Positions 27,302-38,283 are shown, counted from the stretch's first letter. The stretch: 64,000 nucleotides of DNA from an uncultured Actinomycetes bacterium (GCA_963755025.1 CAVWIH010000011.1:32001-96000), one strand, 5' to 3'. The notes: generated from the letters alone by a model not told the origin. A program made the numbers and translations.

Positions 27302-28735
27302 ATGCCTCCGAAGACCGGCGATACGCTTGACCTTGCCATCGACACCCTGGCCTACGGCGGCCAGGGCATCGGTCGCGTCGACGGCTTCGTCGTGTTCGTG
27401 CGCGGCGTGCTGCCCGGCGACGTCGCCCGCGTCGAAGTGACGCGCCGCCGGTCGGGCTACGCCGAGGCGCGTCTCGTCGAGCTCGTCACGCCGTCGCCGC
27501 GTCGCGTGCCGCTGCGTTGCGACCACCCCGCCGACGTGGGCGGCTGCGAGTGGCAGACCTTCGACTACGACTCGCAGCTCGAGTTCAAGCATCGTCAGGT
27601 CGTCGAGGCGCTGGCCCACATCGGCGGCCTCGAGCAGGTCGAGGTGACCCCCATCCGCGGCATGGCCGACCCCTGGCGCTACCGCAACAAGATGGAGTAC
27701 TCGTTCGGCCGCGACGGCGCCGAGATCGTGCTCGGCATGCACCGCCGCGGCTCGTGGCGCGACATCGTCGACGTGCCCGACTGCCACCTCGCCCCCATCG
27801 CCATCTCACGGGCGCGCACGGCCGTCCTGAACGCCGCCCGCGAGCTGGGCCTGCCGGCCTACTCGCAGATCGACCACACCGGCCTGCTGCGCCACCTCGT
27901 GGTGCGCCGCGGCCTGGCCAGCGGCGACCTGCTGCTCAACCTGTTCGTCACCCAGCGCTTCCCGCAAGAAGAGGAGCTCGCCGCGCTGGTCGCCGCCGAG
28001 CAGCCTTTCACGTCGTTCGCCGTCACGGTCAACGCGACACAGTCCGACGCCGCGGTCGGCGCGGGTCCGTTCATGATCGTGGGGCCGCCCTACTTTCACG
28101 AAGAGCTCGCCGGCGTGCGCCTGCGCGTGCCGGCCCTGTCGTTCCTGCAGACCAACTCCGAGATGTGCGGCGTGCTCTACGAGACCGCCCTGCGCGCCGC
28201 CCGGCCGCAGGCCGGGCGGCGCGCCTACGACCTCTACTGCGGCATCGGCGGGCTCAGCCTGCTGCTCGCTCGCGAGTCGGCGCTCGTGCACGGCTTCGAG
28301 CTGCAGGCCGACGCCATCGCGGCGGCCACCGAGAACGCCGCGCTCGCCGGCGCCGCGAACCTCGAGTTCGTGGCCGCCGACGTGCGCCTCGCGTTGCTCG
28401 ACCCGCCGAGCGGCCGCGACCCCGAGATCGCCAAGCTCGTCGCCGACGACGGCAAGACCCATCAGTCGCTGCGCACGCCGGCCACCCACCCCTTCGAGCG
28501 CCCCGCGGTGGTGCTCACCGACCCGCCGCGCGCCGGCATGGCCAAAAAGGCCGTCGAGCGCATGGCCCTGCTCGGCGCCGAGCGCATCGTCTACGTGTCG
28601 TGCAACCCCACGACCCTCGCCGCCAACGCCGCGCAGCTCGCCGGTATCGGTTACCGGCTCGAGACGGTCACGCCGGTCGACATGTTCCCCCACACCCACC
28701 ACATCGAGGCGGTAGCGACCTTCGTCAGGGTGTAG
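27302..28735 (+). CDS. rlmD: 23S rRNA (uracil-C5)-methyltransferase RlmD
   Basis: TRAM domain, WRYRNK, SFLQTN, DLYCGIG, DPPRAG, YVSCNPTTLA, DMFPHTHHIE. Confidence 0.93.
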   Translation: MPPKTGDTLDLAIDTLAYGGQGIGRVDGFVVFVRGVLPGDVARVEVTRRRSGYAEARLVELVTPSPRRVPLRCDHPADVGGCEWQTFDYDSQLEFKHRQVVEALAHIGGLEQVEVTPIRGMADPWRYRNKMEYSFGRDGAEIVLGMHRRGSWRDIVDVPDCHLAPIAISRARTAVLNAARELGLPAYSQIDHTGLLRHLVVRRGLASGDLLLNLFVTQRFPQEEELAALVAAEQPFTSFAVTVNATQSDAAVGAGPFMIVGPPYFHEELAGVRLRVPALSFLQTNSEMCGVLYETALRAARPQAGRRAYDLYCGIGGLSLLLARESALVHGFELQADAIAAATENAALAGAANLEFVAADVRLALLDPPSGRDPEIAKLVADDGKTHQSLRTPATHPFERPAVVLTDPPRAGMAKKAVERMALLGAERIVYVSCNPTTLAANAAQLAGIGYRLETVTPVDMFPHTHHIEAVATFVRV

Positions 28736-29490
28736 GCGGGCCGCCGGGCGCCGAGCCGTCGCCGCAGCAGGGCGGGGTCCAGCGCTTGGCGATCAGGTCG
28801 GCGTTGGCGACCAGAAAGGCCAGCGAGAGCAGGGGCAGCGCCGGCAGGGCGCGCGACTAGAGCGCGATCGCCACAGTGCCCACGAACGAGGCCACCATGA
28901 GCCACCAGCGTGAGCCGCACGCGCAGCCCGAACCCCACCGCCGCCGCCAGGTAGAGGCTGAAGAAGAGCACGTCGGTCGTGCCCAGCCCCGAGTAGGCGT
29001 CGCGCACCGAGTAACCCATCGTCGGGAACGCGACCACGAAGTAGGTCACGGTCTGCGGCGCCTTGGTGAGCAGCAGGTGCGTGGGCCCCTGGGGCAAAAA
29101 GACGCTGGCCGCGTCGAACACGCCCGCCGCCAGCGCCAGCACGACGATCACCCGCAGGTCGTCGGTGAGCTCGGTGAGCGTCGTGCCCAGCCAGTAGCCC
29201 ACCCCGGCGCCGAAGGCGATCTTGCCCAGGTCGGACAGGGCCACCACGTCGAGCGCCGAGCCCAGCACGGCGCAGGCGAGGCCCACGACGGCGACCACGA
29301 GCATCGTCCTGGTCGAGAGCCGCGCGGTGAGCGCGGCGCCCACCATGATGCCCAGCAGGGCGACGCCCAGCGCCATCGAGACGATGACGTCGGCGCGCAC
29401 GGCAAAGGCGGGCAGATGGGCGCTCCAGACGATGAAGGCGATGAAGACGAGGGCGGCGGCCGCGAGCGCGGCCACCCTGGCGCGGCTCAC
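28725..29490 (-). CDS. Polytopic membrane protein, presenilin/signal-peptide-peptidase (A22)-like; frameshift near 28900 and in-frame TAG at 28858-28860
   Basis: ~8 hydrophobic segments; FDAASVFLPQGP, GLGTTDVLFFS and RALPALP motifs in presenilin order. Confidence 0.6.
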
Positions 29491-29494
29491 GGCA

Positions 29495-30100
29495 TCAATA
29501 AGGCGGGATCGCCTCGTACCACTCGCCGAGGCGGCGGAAGGCCCGCCAGAAGGCGGCCTTGAGGCGCTGCTCGTCGAGCGACGCGTCGATGTCGGGGGTG
29601 ATCAGCACCTCTGTCCCCGGGGTGAGCTCGACGATCTCGCCGACGTCGTACTCGAGCGTGCGCGCCGTGGGCAGGGCGAGCTTGTCGAGCGCCGCCACGA
29701 CCTTGTCGCCCATGGCGACGATCAGCTTGGGTTCGACGATGGCGATCTCGCGCCGCAGGTAGTCGAGGCAGCGCGGCTCGGCCTTGGCTTCGTCGCGCAC
29801 GCTGGCGCACTTGAGGACGTTCGTGCCGTAGAGCTGCAGGGGGTCGATCGACAGGCGCTGGCAGCTCTTCATGATCGCCGTGCCGGCGCGCCCGAAGAAG
29901 GCCACGCCCTCGTGCACCTCGCTGGGCTGCACGCGGTACTTGAGCAGCATGATGTCGGCCAGGGGGTGGCCCGAGCCGATGACCGGCATCGACTTGCTGT
30001 GCGAGCAGAGTCGACAGCGCAGCATCTCGCCGGTGAGATCGTTGATCTCAGAGATGGCGCGGGTCAGATACTTGTCGTAGATCTCGTTGGGCTGTCCCAC
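29495..30100 (-). CDS. Uracil-DNA glycosylase family 4-like protein with degenerate motifs
   Basis: CRLC, G.G...ADIM, FFGRAG, YGTNVLKC, CLDYL.REI..V.PK.IVAMG. Confidence 0.75.
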   Translation of the reverse strand: MGQPNEIYDKYLTRAISEINDLTGEMLRCRLCSHSKSMPVIGSGHPLADIMLLKYRVQPSEVHEGVAFFGRAGTAIMKSCQRLSIDPLQLYGTNVLKCASVRDEAKAEPRCLDYLRREIAIVEPKLIVAMGDKVVAALDKLALPTARTLEYDVGEIVELTPGTEVLITPDIDASLDEQRLKAAFWRAFRRLGEWYEAIPPY

Positions 30101-30210
30101 CGAATCGCCTTCCGTGTCCTGGCCCTTGTATTTTGCGCCGCCGGGAGAATTCCTGCGCTCTCCTTGCGTTTCGGCGCGCAGGCGGGGCCCGGCGGCGGGC
30201 CGCGGGGGCG

Positions 30211-32095
30211 TCAGTGCGAGACGCCGCTTTCGTGGGGCGCCTGCAGCAGTTTGAGCGACTGCAGGTAGAGGAGGCTGCGCGGCCGGCGGATGATGTGGCT
30301 GCCGGAGAGGGCCTCGACGAAGTCGTCGGGGCCCGTGAACTCGCCCATGCCGGTGAGCGCCGTCCCGAGGCCCGGCAGCACGTGCGCGTCGCTGCCGGCC
30401 GCGGCCGGCACGCGGTGGCGCTCAGAGAAGCGCACGGCCTTCTCGTTGAAGCCCGGGTAGGCGATGCGCGAGTTGAAGACCTCGATGACGTCGATGTCGG
30501 TGAGGTTGGCCTTGAGCAGCGTGCTGCCCGGCACGGAGTGCAACCGGTCGAAGGGGTGCGGCACGTACACCACGCCGCCCTGGCGCTTGATCTCGGCGAT
30601 GCTCTCGGCGAAGGTCATGCCGGGGGCGATGCGTTCCTTCAGGAAGAGGCCGATGACCTCGCCCTCGCAGGTCTTGACCTCTTCGCCCACGATGACGCGC
30701 ACGCCGTAGCGCTCGGCCAGCGCCTGCGCCTCGAGGGCGCCGGCGATCTCGTTGTGGTCGGTGACGGCCAGCACGTCGAGACCCACCTCGGCGGCCCGCT
30801 CGAGGACCTCTTCGACCGCCATGGCGCAGTCCTTGGAGTAGCTCGTGTGCACGTGGAAGTCGGCGAACAGCTCGGGCTCGAGGTGGCGCCGCGGCACCGA
30901 CCGGCGGCGCAGGCGCCCGCCGATGACGTCGCGGTAGAGCTGCATGACCTCGTCGGAGACGATGTCCCAGCTGTAGCGGCGCACGCTCTCGAGACCGCGC
31001 GCGGCGCAGGCGTCGCGCAGCTCTGTGTCGCGCAGCAGGCGCTCGAGGCCGGCGGCCAGCGCGCGCGCGTTGTGGGGCGGCACCAGCAGCCCCTCGACGC
31101 CGTCGCGCACGACGTCGCGATAGCCCTCGATGTCTGAGGCCAGCACGGAGGTGTCGGTGGCCATGGCTTCGAGCAGCACGATGCCGAACGACTCGTTGCC
31201 CAGCGACGGCGCGCAGAAGATGTCGGCATCCTGGTAGAGCTCGGGCAGCTCGTCGTGGGCGATGCGTCCCCGAAAGCGCACGCGGTCGGCGAAGCGCTCG
31301 GGCACGAGGCGGCCGAACTTGTCGGCGTGCAGGTCGCTGCCGCAGACGTCGAGCTCGAAGGGCGGCAGGTCGGCGCTCACGTAGCGCAGCGCGCGCAGCA
31401 GCACGCCCAGGCCCTTGCGCCGCGAATCGCCGCCCACGTAGAGCACGCGCACCGGCCCCGGCACGACGCCCGAGCGGCGCCTGAAAGCGGCTCAGGTCGA
31501 TGCCGTTGGGCACCACGCGGAACTGCCCGGCGAAGTAGCGCGCCGCCGTGTCGCGCGCCGCTTGCGACACCGCGATCACGCCGTCGAACACCGGGAAGAC
31601 GCGCTTGAGGATGGGCTTGCCCAGCCAGTACCAGAAGAAGCGCTCGGAGTTGGCGTGGAAGGTGGCCACGATCGGGCACTCGGCGTGGTTCATGGCCGAC
31701 CAGCCCAGGCTGGGCACGAACGGCTCGTGGATGTGGAGCACGTCGAACTCTTCGTTCTCGAGCACGACGTCGACGTTGGAGAGCAGGTCGATGGGCGGCG
31801 AGAGGTAGCTCACGGAGCGGTTGTGGCGCACCGAGAAGGTGCCGCCGGCGAAGAAGTGACGCGGGTAGGGCTCGTCGGGCGCGAACAGGCTGTCGCGTTC
31901 GCCCAGCAGGACCTCGCGCACGCGCTCGCGAGCCGCCTTGACCGCCAGCCGGTCGTCGCTCGGGGCGATGATGGTGACGCGGTGACCCTGCGCGGTGAAG
32001 CGCTCGGCGAGCGCCGCGATGTGGTTGTTCACGCCGCCGGGCACCGTCCAGGCGTACGGCGTGAGCATCGCGATCCTGTAACCAGCTGCGTCCAC
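30211..32095 (-). CDS. GT4 glycosyltransferase (PimA-like) fused to a C-terminal PHP domain (frameshift near 31470)
   Basis: PYAWTVPGGV, DVLHIHEP..PSL, PIVATFH, ESFGIVLLEAMA; same frame continues into DFHVHT, VTDHN, PHPFD, EVFNSR, AGSDAH. Confidence 0.85.
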
Positions 32096-32234
32096 GTTAG
32101 AACCAGACAGCCCGGCCGGTCGCGCACGAGTCGCGGCTCCGGCCGGGCTTGCTCCCCCTGCCCCTCGCGGGGCGCCTGTCGTTTGCAAGGCCCGCGGCGC
32201 CGTCTGCGCGGCGCCGGCGGGCGGACCGCCGCCG

Positions 32235-33338
32235 CTAGCCTTGGCAGACCGCCGTGGCGCCGCGGCCTTCGCCGCTGATGAACTGCTCGGTGAGCTCGCG
32301 GCACTGGTCGTCGGGGTGCTGCACCGGCGGCGACTTCATGAAGTACGAGCTCGGCGCTTCGAGCGAGCCCGAGAGGCCGCGGTCGAGGCCGATCTTGGCG
32401 CAGCGCACCGCGTCGATCACGATGCCGGCCGAGTTGGGCGAGTCGACCACTTCGAGCTTGAGCTCGATGTTCAGGGGCACGTCGCCGAAGGTGCGGCCCT
32501 CCATGCGGATGTAGGCCCACTTGCGGTCTTCGAGCCACGGCACGTAGTCGCTGGGGCCGATGTGCACGTTCTTGGCGCCCATGTCGTAGTCGAGCTGGCT
32601 GGTGACCGCGTTGGTCTTGGAGATCTTCTTGGACTCGAGGCGTTCGCGTTCGAGCATGTTGAGGAAGTCGGTGTTGCCGCCCACGTTCAGCTGGCTCGTG
32701 CGCTCGAGCTTGACGCCGCGCTCGCGCATGAGGCGCGTGAGCACGCGGTGCACGATGGTGGCGCCGACCTGGCTTTTGATGTCGTCGCCGATGATGGGGA
32801 CGCCGGCTTCGACGAAGCGCTTCTGCCAGTAGGGCTCGCGCGCCAGGAACACCGGCACGCAGTTGACCATGGCGCAGCCCGCCGTGAGGATCTGCTCGGC
32901 GTACCACTTGGTGGCCTCTTCGCTGCCCACCGGCAGGTAGTTGACCACGACGTCGGCCTGGGTCTCTTTGAGGATGCCGACGATGTCGGCGGTGGGCCCG
33001 GGAGCCTTGGTGATGATCTCGGAGAGGTACTTGCCGAGGCCGTCGTGGGTCATGCCGCGCGCGACCGTGACGCCCTTGGCGGGCACGTCGGCGAACTTGA
33101 TGGTGTTGTTGGGGGTGGTGAAGATCGCCTCGGAGAGGTCTTTACCGACCTTGTTGGAGTCGATGTCGATGGCGGCGACGAACTCGATGTCCCTGATGTG
33201 GTAACCGCCCAGCACCGGATGCATGAGCCCCGGGACGAAGTCGTTCTTCTTGGCGTTCTTGTAGAACTCGACGCCCTGGACGAACGACGACGCGCAGTTG
33301 CCCACACCGACGATGGCTACGCGAACCGGGTTAGTCAC
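32235..33338 (-). CDS. ino1: myo-inositol-3-phosphate synthase
   Basis: [61 protein letters not shown]. Confidence 0.95.
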   Translation of the reverse strand: MTNPVRVAIVGVGNCASSFVQGVEFYKNAKKNDFVPGLMHPVLGGYHIRDIEFVAAIDIDSNKVGKDLSEAIFTTPNNTIKFADVPAKGVTVARGMTHDGLGKYLSEIITKAPGPTADIVGILKETQADVVVNYLPVGSEEATKWYAEQILTAGCAMVNCVPVFLAREPYWQKRFVEAGVPIIGDDIKSQVGATIVHRVLTRLMRERGVKLERTSQLNVGGNTDFLNMLERERLESKKISKTNAVTSQLDYDMGAKNVHIGPSDYVPWLEDRKWAYIRMEGRTFGDVPLNIELKLEVVDSPNSAGIVIDAVRCAKIGLDRGLSGSLEAPSSYFMKSPPVQHPDDQCRELTEQFISGEGRGATAVCQG

Positions 33339-33523
33339 GTATGTCTCCCCTCCACTTTGCGACCGGCAGGACCGACCGAGTGAAACGCGTTCGCGGCCGC
33401 AGGAAGCAGCCGCAGATAGTGCCGTGAACGCAGCGGAGTATACCACAGCGGGTCGCCGCGACCCCCGCCCCCCGGCAGCCGCGCGCCGCCCCGCGGGGCC
33501 GCCGCGGACGCCGGCCGCGGTGC

Positions 33524-34138
33524 CTAGGCGGCCGCGCCGCCGCCGCTGCCGGCGAGCTGCCGGCGCACGTGCAGGATGCGCTGCGCGACCGTGTAGGTCG
33601 TGAGGATGGCGATGGCCCACACCATGACCGTGAGCACGTGGTAGCGGGCGAACAGCAGGCCCACCATGAGCAGCACCACGCGCTCGGGCCGCGAGGCGAG
33701 GCCGACCTTGCACTCGAGGCCCAGCGCCTCGGCCCGGGCGCGCGTGTAGGACACGAGGAACGACATCATGAGGGCGATGAACACCGCCGCCAGGTCCCAG
33801 ATGTGGCCGTTACGGGCGAACCAGATGCCGATGGCCATGAGCACGACGCCCTCTGAGAGGCGGTCGCTCGTCGAGTCGAGAAAGGCGCCGAACGGCGTGA
33901 CCTGCTCGGAGATACGCGCCACGGCGCCGTCGAGCATGTCGCAGACGCCGGCCAGCAGGAGCACGACGGCCGCCCAGATGAAGTGGCCGCTCAGGATCAG
34001 CGGCACGGCGGCCACGTTGAGCACGAGGCCGCCCACGGTGAGCGCGTTGGGCGTGACGCGCCCGCCGCTCACCAGGCGCCCGGCAAGCGGCACGACCGCC
34101 CGGCGGACGCCGACGGTATAGGAGTCTTTGAGGCTCAC
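33524..34138 (-). CDS. pgsA: CDP-alcohol phosphatidyltransferase (phosphatidylinositol-phosphate synthase-like)
   Basis: [15 protein letters not shown]...[25 protein letters not shown]. Confidence 0.88.
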   Translation of the reverse strand: MSLKDSYTVGVRRAVVPLAGRLVSGGRVTPNALTVGGLVLNVAAVPLILSGHFIWAAVVLLLAGVCDMLDGAVARISEQVTPFGAFLDSTSDRLSEGVVLMAIGIWFARNGHIWDLAAVFIALMMSFLVSYTRARAEALGLECKVGLASRPERVVLLMVGLLFARYHVLTVMVWAIAILTTYTVAQRILHVRRQLAGSGGGAAA

Positions 34139-34947
34139 GCCCCGCGGCGATCGTTCGAGTGGCGCGTAGACACCGCGATGGCTTCGGGGACCGCCTGCGG
34201 CGCGATACCCCAGTTGGCGGCGAACGAGACGGCGAGCACCACCGCGCCGGCGATGGCGTCGAGCACGTAGTGGTTGCCGGTGATGATGATCGCCGAGAGC
34301 ACGACGAGCGGGTAGACGAGCGCCAGCGCGCGCGCCAGGCGGTTGCTGGTGAGCAGGTAGACGGCCAGCGACAGGAACAGGGCGTAGCCGATGTGCAGGC
34401 TGGGGAACGCGGCGTACTGGTTGGTCACGAACGACATGATGCCGGAGCGGTAGCTGGTCGTGGAGTAGAGGTAGAGCGTGTCGACCACGCCGGAGGTGGG
34501 CACCAGGCGGGGCGGCGCCACCGGCAGCATGGCGAACATCGTGATGCCGAGCAGGTTCATGGTGAGGAACACGTTGCGAAAGAAGGCGAAGGTCTCGTGG
34601 CGGTACAGGTAGATCCACACCAGGATGAGCATGGTGGCCGGGATGTGCACGCTCGAGTAGAACCAGTCCATGAACTCGACCAGCACGTGCACGTGGCTCG
34701 CCATGGTCTGGACGGCGGGCTCGACGTAGATGTGCATCGCCTTCTCGGCGCTGATGATGGCCAGGGCGTTGGCCATGGCCACCGCCTCGCGGCCGCGCAC
34801 CAGCACGCGGGCGACGTCGTAGACCGCGTAGCAGGCGAGCAGGATGAGGAATTGCCGTAACGCGTCGCGGCCGCCCGCGGGCAGCGCTCCGCGCCACGAG
34901 CGTGTGAGCTCGAGCCCTGAATCACGCAGGTTGAGCTTGCGATTCAC
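34135..34947 (-). CDS. PAP2 superfamily membrane protein (PAP2_3 / AUR1-like)
   Basis: P.APPRL, YAAFPSLHIG, ITGNHY.LDAIAG. Confidence 0.88.
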   Translation of the reverse strand: MNRKLNLRDSGLELTRSWRGALPAGGRDALRQFLILLACYAVYDVARVLVRGREAVAMANALAIISAEKAMHIYVEPAVQTMASHVHVLVEFMDWFYSSVHIPATMLILVWIYLYRHETFAFFRNVFLTMNLLGITMFAMLPVAPPRLVPTSGVVDTLYLYSTTSYRSGIMSFVTNQYAAFPSLHIGYALFLSLAVYLLTSNRLARALALVYPLVVLSAIIITGNHYVLDAIAGAVVLAVSFAANWGIAPQAVPEAIAVSTRHSNDRRGA

Positions 34948-35060
34948 ACGTCTCCCCTTCGATCCTTCGCCTTGCCGGCGACGACGGGCTGCTCGCCGCT
35001 CCTGGAGGCCGATACCGCCTCCGCCGAGGCTATCAGCTCCGCAAGGGTGGTCGAAAGTCC

Positions 35061-35136
35061 TGGTGGGCCGTGAAGGATTCGAACCTTCGACCTTGGGATT
35101 AAGAGTCCCCTGCTCTACCAACTAAGCTAACGGCCC
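35061..35136 (-). tRNA. tRNA-Lys (CTT)
   Basis: GGGCCGTTAGCTTAGTTGGTAGAGCAGGGGACTCTTAATCCCAAGGTCGAAGGTTCGAATCCTTCACGGCCCACCA; cloverleaf, CCA end. Confidence 0.97.
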
Positions 35137-35201
35137 ACGACACGGTGCGATATCGTACCAGCCCGCCGGGCCCGGTACCAGCCCGTCCTTTCAGGTCTAC
35201 C

Positions 35202-35435
35202 CTACAGAGCGAACTCGTGCTCGCCGGTCACGGGGTAGCCGGCGTCTTCGATCGCGGCCCGCACGGCCGCGAGATCGCCGCCCGGCGTCAGGTACACGGC
35301 CACGCTCTTGGTGGCGACCTCGACCTCGACGCTGTCGACGCCCTCGAGCCCCGTCACGGCGCCCTCGATGGCCATCTTGCAGTGGTTGCAGGAGACCTCG
35401 GGTACGTTCAGCACCACGTGCCTTGTCGCGGTCAT
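35202..35435 (-). CDS. Heavy-metal-associated (CopZ-like) chaperone
   Basis: VSCNHC..AIE.AV..LEGV...IEDAGY. Confidence 0.88.
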   Translation of the reverse strand: MTATRHVVLNVPEVSCNHCKMAIEGAVTGLEGVDSVEVEVATKSVAVYLTPGGDLAAVRAAIEDAGYPVTGEHEFAL

Positions 35436-36390
35436 GCGTCCTCCTCTGCGGCCGTGTCGCCGGCCGGCGTGTCGGCGACCGGCGGCTCGCCGGCCTGCGC
35501 TGCTTCGGCCGTCGTGCGCCTCGGTGAGCCGGCCCGACGCCGGCCTGGGCGCTTCGGTCGCCGCGCCAAGGCGCCTGAGCGGCCGTCACCGGCGTGTCGG
35601 GCACCAGGTCGGCCAGCCGGCAGGTGCACGCCCGCCCTTCGCCCAGGTCGACCGCGACGCTGTCGGCCGGGGCGAGGAGCTCAGTGACCTTTCCCCGGCC
35701 CGAGGGCGTCGTAACGAGTGCGCCCCGTCGCGGCGCGCGCTGCTTGAACGAGGTGTAGACGCCGTGCTCGTACTTGAGGCAGCACATGAGGCGGCCGCAG
35801 CAGCCCGAGATCTTCGACGGGTTCAGCGGCAGGTTCTGGTCCTTGGCCATGCGGATCGACACGGGGTCCTGGTCGCCGCAGAAGCTGGCGCAGCACAGGC
35901 GGCGGCCGCAGGGGCCGTAGCCGCCGATCAGGCGCGCTTCGTCGCGCGACGACACCTGGCGCAGCTCGACGCGGCGCCCCATGCGATCGGAGAGCTGCGA
36001 GACCAGCTGCCGGGAATCGACCCGGTCCTCGGCCGAGAACGACACGGTCAGGCGGTTGCCGTCGAAGGTGCTCTCGGCGGACACGACCTTCATGCGCAGG
36101 CGCGCCTTGACGGCCAGCTCGCGGGTGAGCAGCACGACCTCGCGCTCGCGGGCGCAGTTCTCGGCGACTCGCTCGAGGTCGGCGGTGCGGGCGGCGCGCA
36201 CGACACGGCGCAGGCCCTGGCGCGACTCGCCCTCGGCGAGCTCGCGCACGCCTTCGACGACACGCCCGAAGTCGGTGCCGCGGGTGGTCTCGACGACGAC
36301 CTGGTCGCCGGCTGCGAGCTCGAGCACGCCGGCGTCGAAATGGTAGACCTTGCCGCCGTCACCAAAGACGACGCTGACGATCTTAGGCAC
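35432..36390 (-). CDS. PSP1/YaaT (RicT) family protein (3' end frame uncertain)
   Basis: VVETTRG, RVELRQV..RDEA...GG.GPCGR.LCC, MAKDQNL.LNPSKISG.CGRLMCCLKYE. Confidence 0.88.
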
Positions 36391-37499
36391 TTTCCCAGAC
36401 CTCCTGGAAGCGGGCAAACATCGCCTGCAGAGCGAGCCTGCGATCGATGTTCAGGGACAGATCCTGGCGGGTGCGCCCGACGACCTCGAGCAGCCGGGCG
36501 CAGATGTCGGGCCGGGCGACGGCCGCGTGTTCGAGCTCCGCCAGCCGGTCGCGGTTTGAGACGGCGCCGGCGGCGCCGAGCCCCACGGCCCAGACGTCGC
36601 GCAGAAAGCTCGTGAGGTGGTCGAGTGCATCGAAGCGCGGCCAGGCGCGCCATGCGCGCCTGCTCGCGGCGCTGCAGGGCGTCGAGGCGCTTGGTGTGAA
36701 AGGCGCGCTCGCGGTCGTCGGGCACGGTGCGCTCGAGCTCGGCGCGGCGCAGGGCGAGCCCGGCTTCGACCTCGACTTGCGCGGCGGCCTCGGCGTTGCC
36801 GACCTCGTCGACGAAGGCGTGCTCGGCGTCGCGGTCGTGCAGGGCGATGCCGGCGGCGAGGTGCAGGTAGCGCTCGCGGTGCCGGGGGCCGCGCTCGTCG
36901 GCCACCAGGCGCAGGGCCCGGTCGAGCGAGCCGTGGGCCAGGCGTGCGACCACGGTGGCGCGCTCGGCGTCGAGGCTCTCGCGATCGGTCAGGAAGGCGG
37001 TGAGCTCGTCGTCGGCGACGGGCTCGAACTCGACCACCTGGCAGCGCGAGACGATGGTGGGCAGCACGCGCTCGAGCGAGTCGGACACGAGGATGAAGTG
37101 CACGTGCTCGGGCGGCTCTTCGAGGCTCTTGAGGAACGTGTTGGCGGCCTCGACGTTCATGCGCTCGGGCTCGACGATCACCCACACGCGGTGGGTCGCG
37201 GCGAACGGCCTGAGGGCGAGGTCGGCGATGAGCTCGGCGATCTGCTCGATGCGTATGAACTCGCCCTCGCGCTCGATCACGACGAGGTCGGGGTGCACGC
37301 CGCGGGTGAGGCGCTCGCACTCGGCGCAGTGCCCGCAGCCGCCGCAGGCGGCCACCAGCGCGGCGCCGAGCTCGACGGCGAAGCGCTGCTTGCCGAGGCC
37401 CTCGGGGCCGGCCAGCAGGTAGGCGTGGCCGGCGCCGCGCGCCAGAGCGCCGGCGACGTAGGCCTTGGCGCGCGCCTGTCCGGGGATGTCAGCGAACAT
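36383..37499 (-). CDS. holB: DNA polymerase III subunit delta' (frameshift near 36633)
   Basis: HAYLLAGPEGLGK, CG.C..C, HPD, AANTFLKSLEEPP, LPTIVSRCQ. Confidence 0.9.
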
Positions 37500-38283
37500 G
37501 CGGGCCTCGGGCGGCGAGCGGCGGGGCCGCGGCGGTCGGCGTCGGCGTTGCGGACGACGACGCCGCGGCCGACGACGCTGCGGACGACGACGGTGCGGAC
37601 GACGAAGCCGGCGACTCGGGCGCCGCCGGCAACGCCGCCAGGGCGGCCAGCGTGGCGCGCTCGACCTGGGCGGCGACCTGGTCGACCGCGAGCTCGCCGT
37701 CGAGCGCCACGATGCGCTCGGGGTAGCGCCGCACGAGCTCGTCGTAGCCGGCGGCCACGCGTTCCTGCAGGGCGAGGCCCTCGGCTTCGAGGCGATCGGG
37801 CGGCCCGCCGTGGCGCGCGGCCGCGCGGGCAGGGTTGACCCTGAGCAAGAGGGTGAGGTCGGGCAGCAGGGCGCCGGTCGCCTGCTCGCTGACCGCGAGC
37901 ACGGCGTCGATGCCCAGGCCGCGGGCGAAGCCCTGGTAGGCGAGCGACGAGTCGATGTAGCGGTCGAGCACCACGATGAGCCCCTGGTCGAGCGAGGGCC
38001 GCACGACCTGCGCGACGAGCTGGGCGCGCGCCGCCGCGTAAAGCAGCGCTTCGGTCCAGGGGGCGATGTCGGGGCAGCGGTGCAGCAGGACGTCGCGGAT
38101 GGCTTCGCCGGTGGGCGTGCCGCCGGGCTCGCGCAGCGAGCCCCCCGGCACGCCCACCACGCCCACGGGCAGCCCGCGGGCGGCAAGGGCCGCACAGAGG
38201 CGTTCGACCTGGGTCGTCTTGCCCGACCGGTCGACGCCTTCGAGGGTCACGAAGAAGCCGCGCCCCGCGAGGCGGAGCGCTAG
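37489..38283 (-). CDS. tmk: Thymidylate kinase (start uncertain)
   Basis: FVTLEGVDRSGKTTQ, REPGGT, EALLYAAARAQ, DRYIDSSLAYQG. Confidence 0.92.
   Translation of the reverse strand, partial: LALRLAGRGFFVTLEGVDRSGKTTQVERLCAALAARGLPVGVVGVPGGSLREPGGTPTGEAIRDVLLHRCPDIAPWTEALLYAAARAQLVAQVVRPSLDQGLIVVLDRYIDSSLAYQGFARGLGIDAVLAVSEQATGALLPDLTLLLRVNPARAAARHGGPPDRLEAEGLALQERVAAGYDELVRRYPERIVALDGELAVDQVAAQVERATLAALAALPAAPESPASSSAPSSSAASSAAASSSATPTPTAAAPPLAARGPHVR

Noticed and set aside
28858-28860. In-frame TAG as pyrrolysine or stop-codon read-through
   Set aside because: Single instance in an error-rich sequence, TAG is used as a normal stop by many genes here, and no pyl genes are present; a TGG miscall or real nonsense mutation is more likely
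35061-35136. tRNA-Lys or tRNA-Leu as integration site of an island
   Set aside because: No duplicated tRNA 3' end, no integrase, and flanking genes are housekeeping with uniform composition
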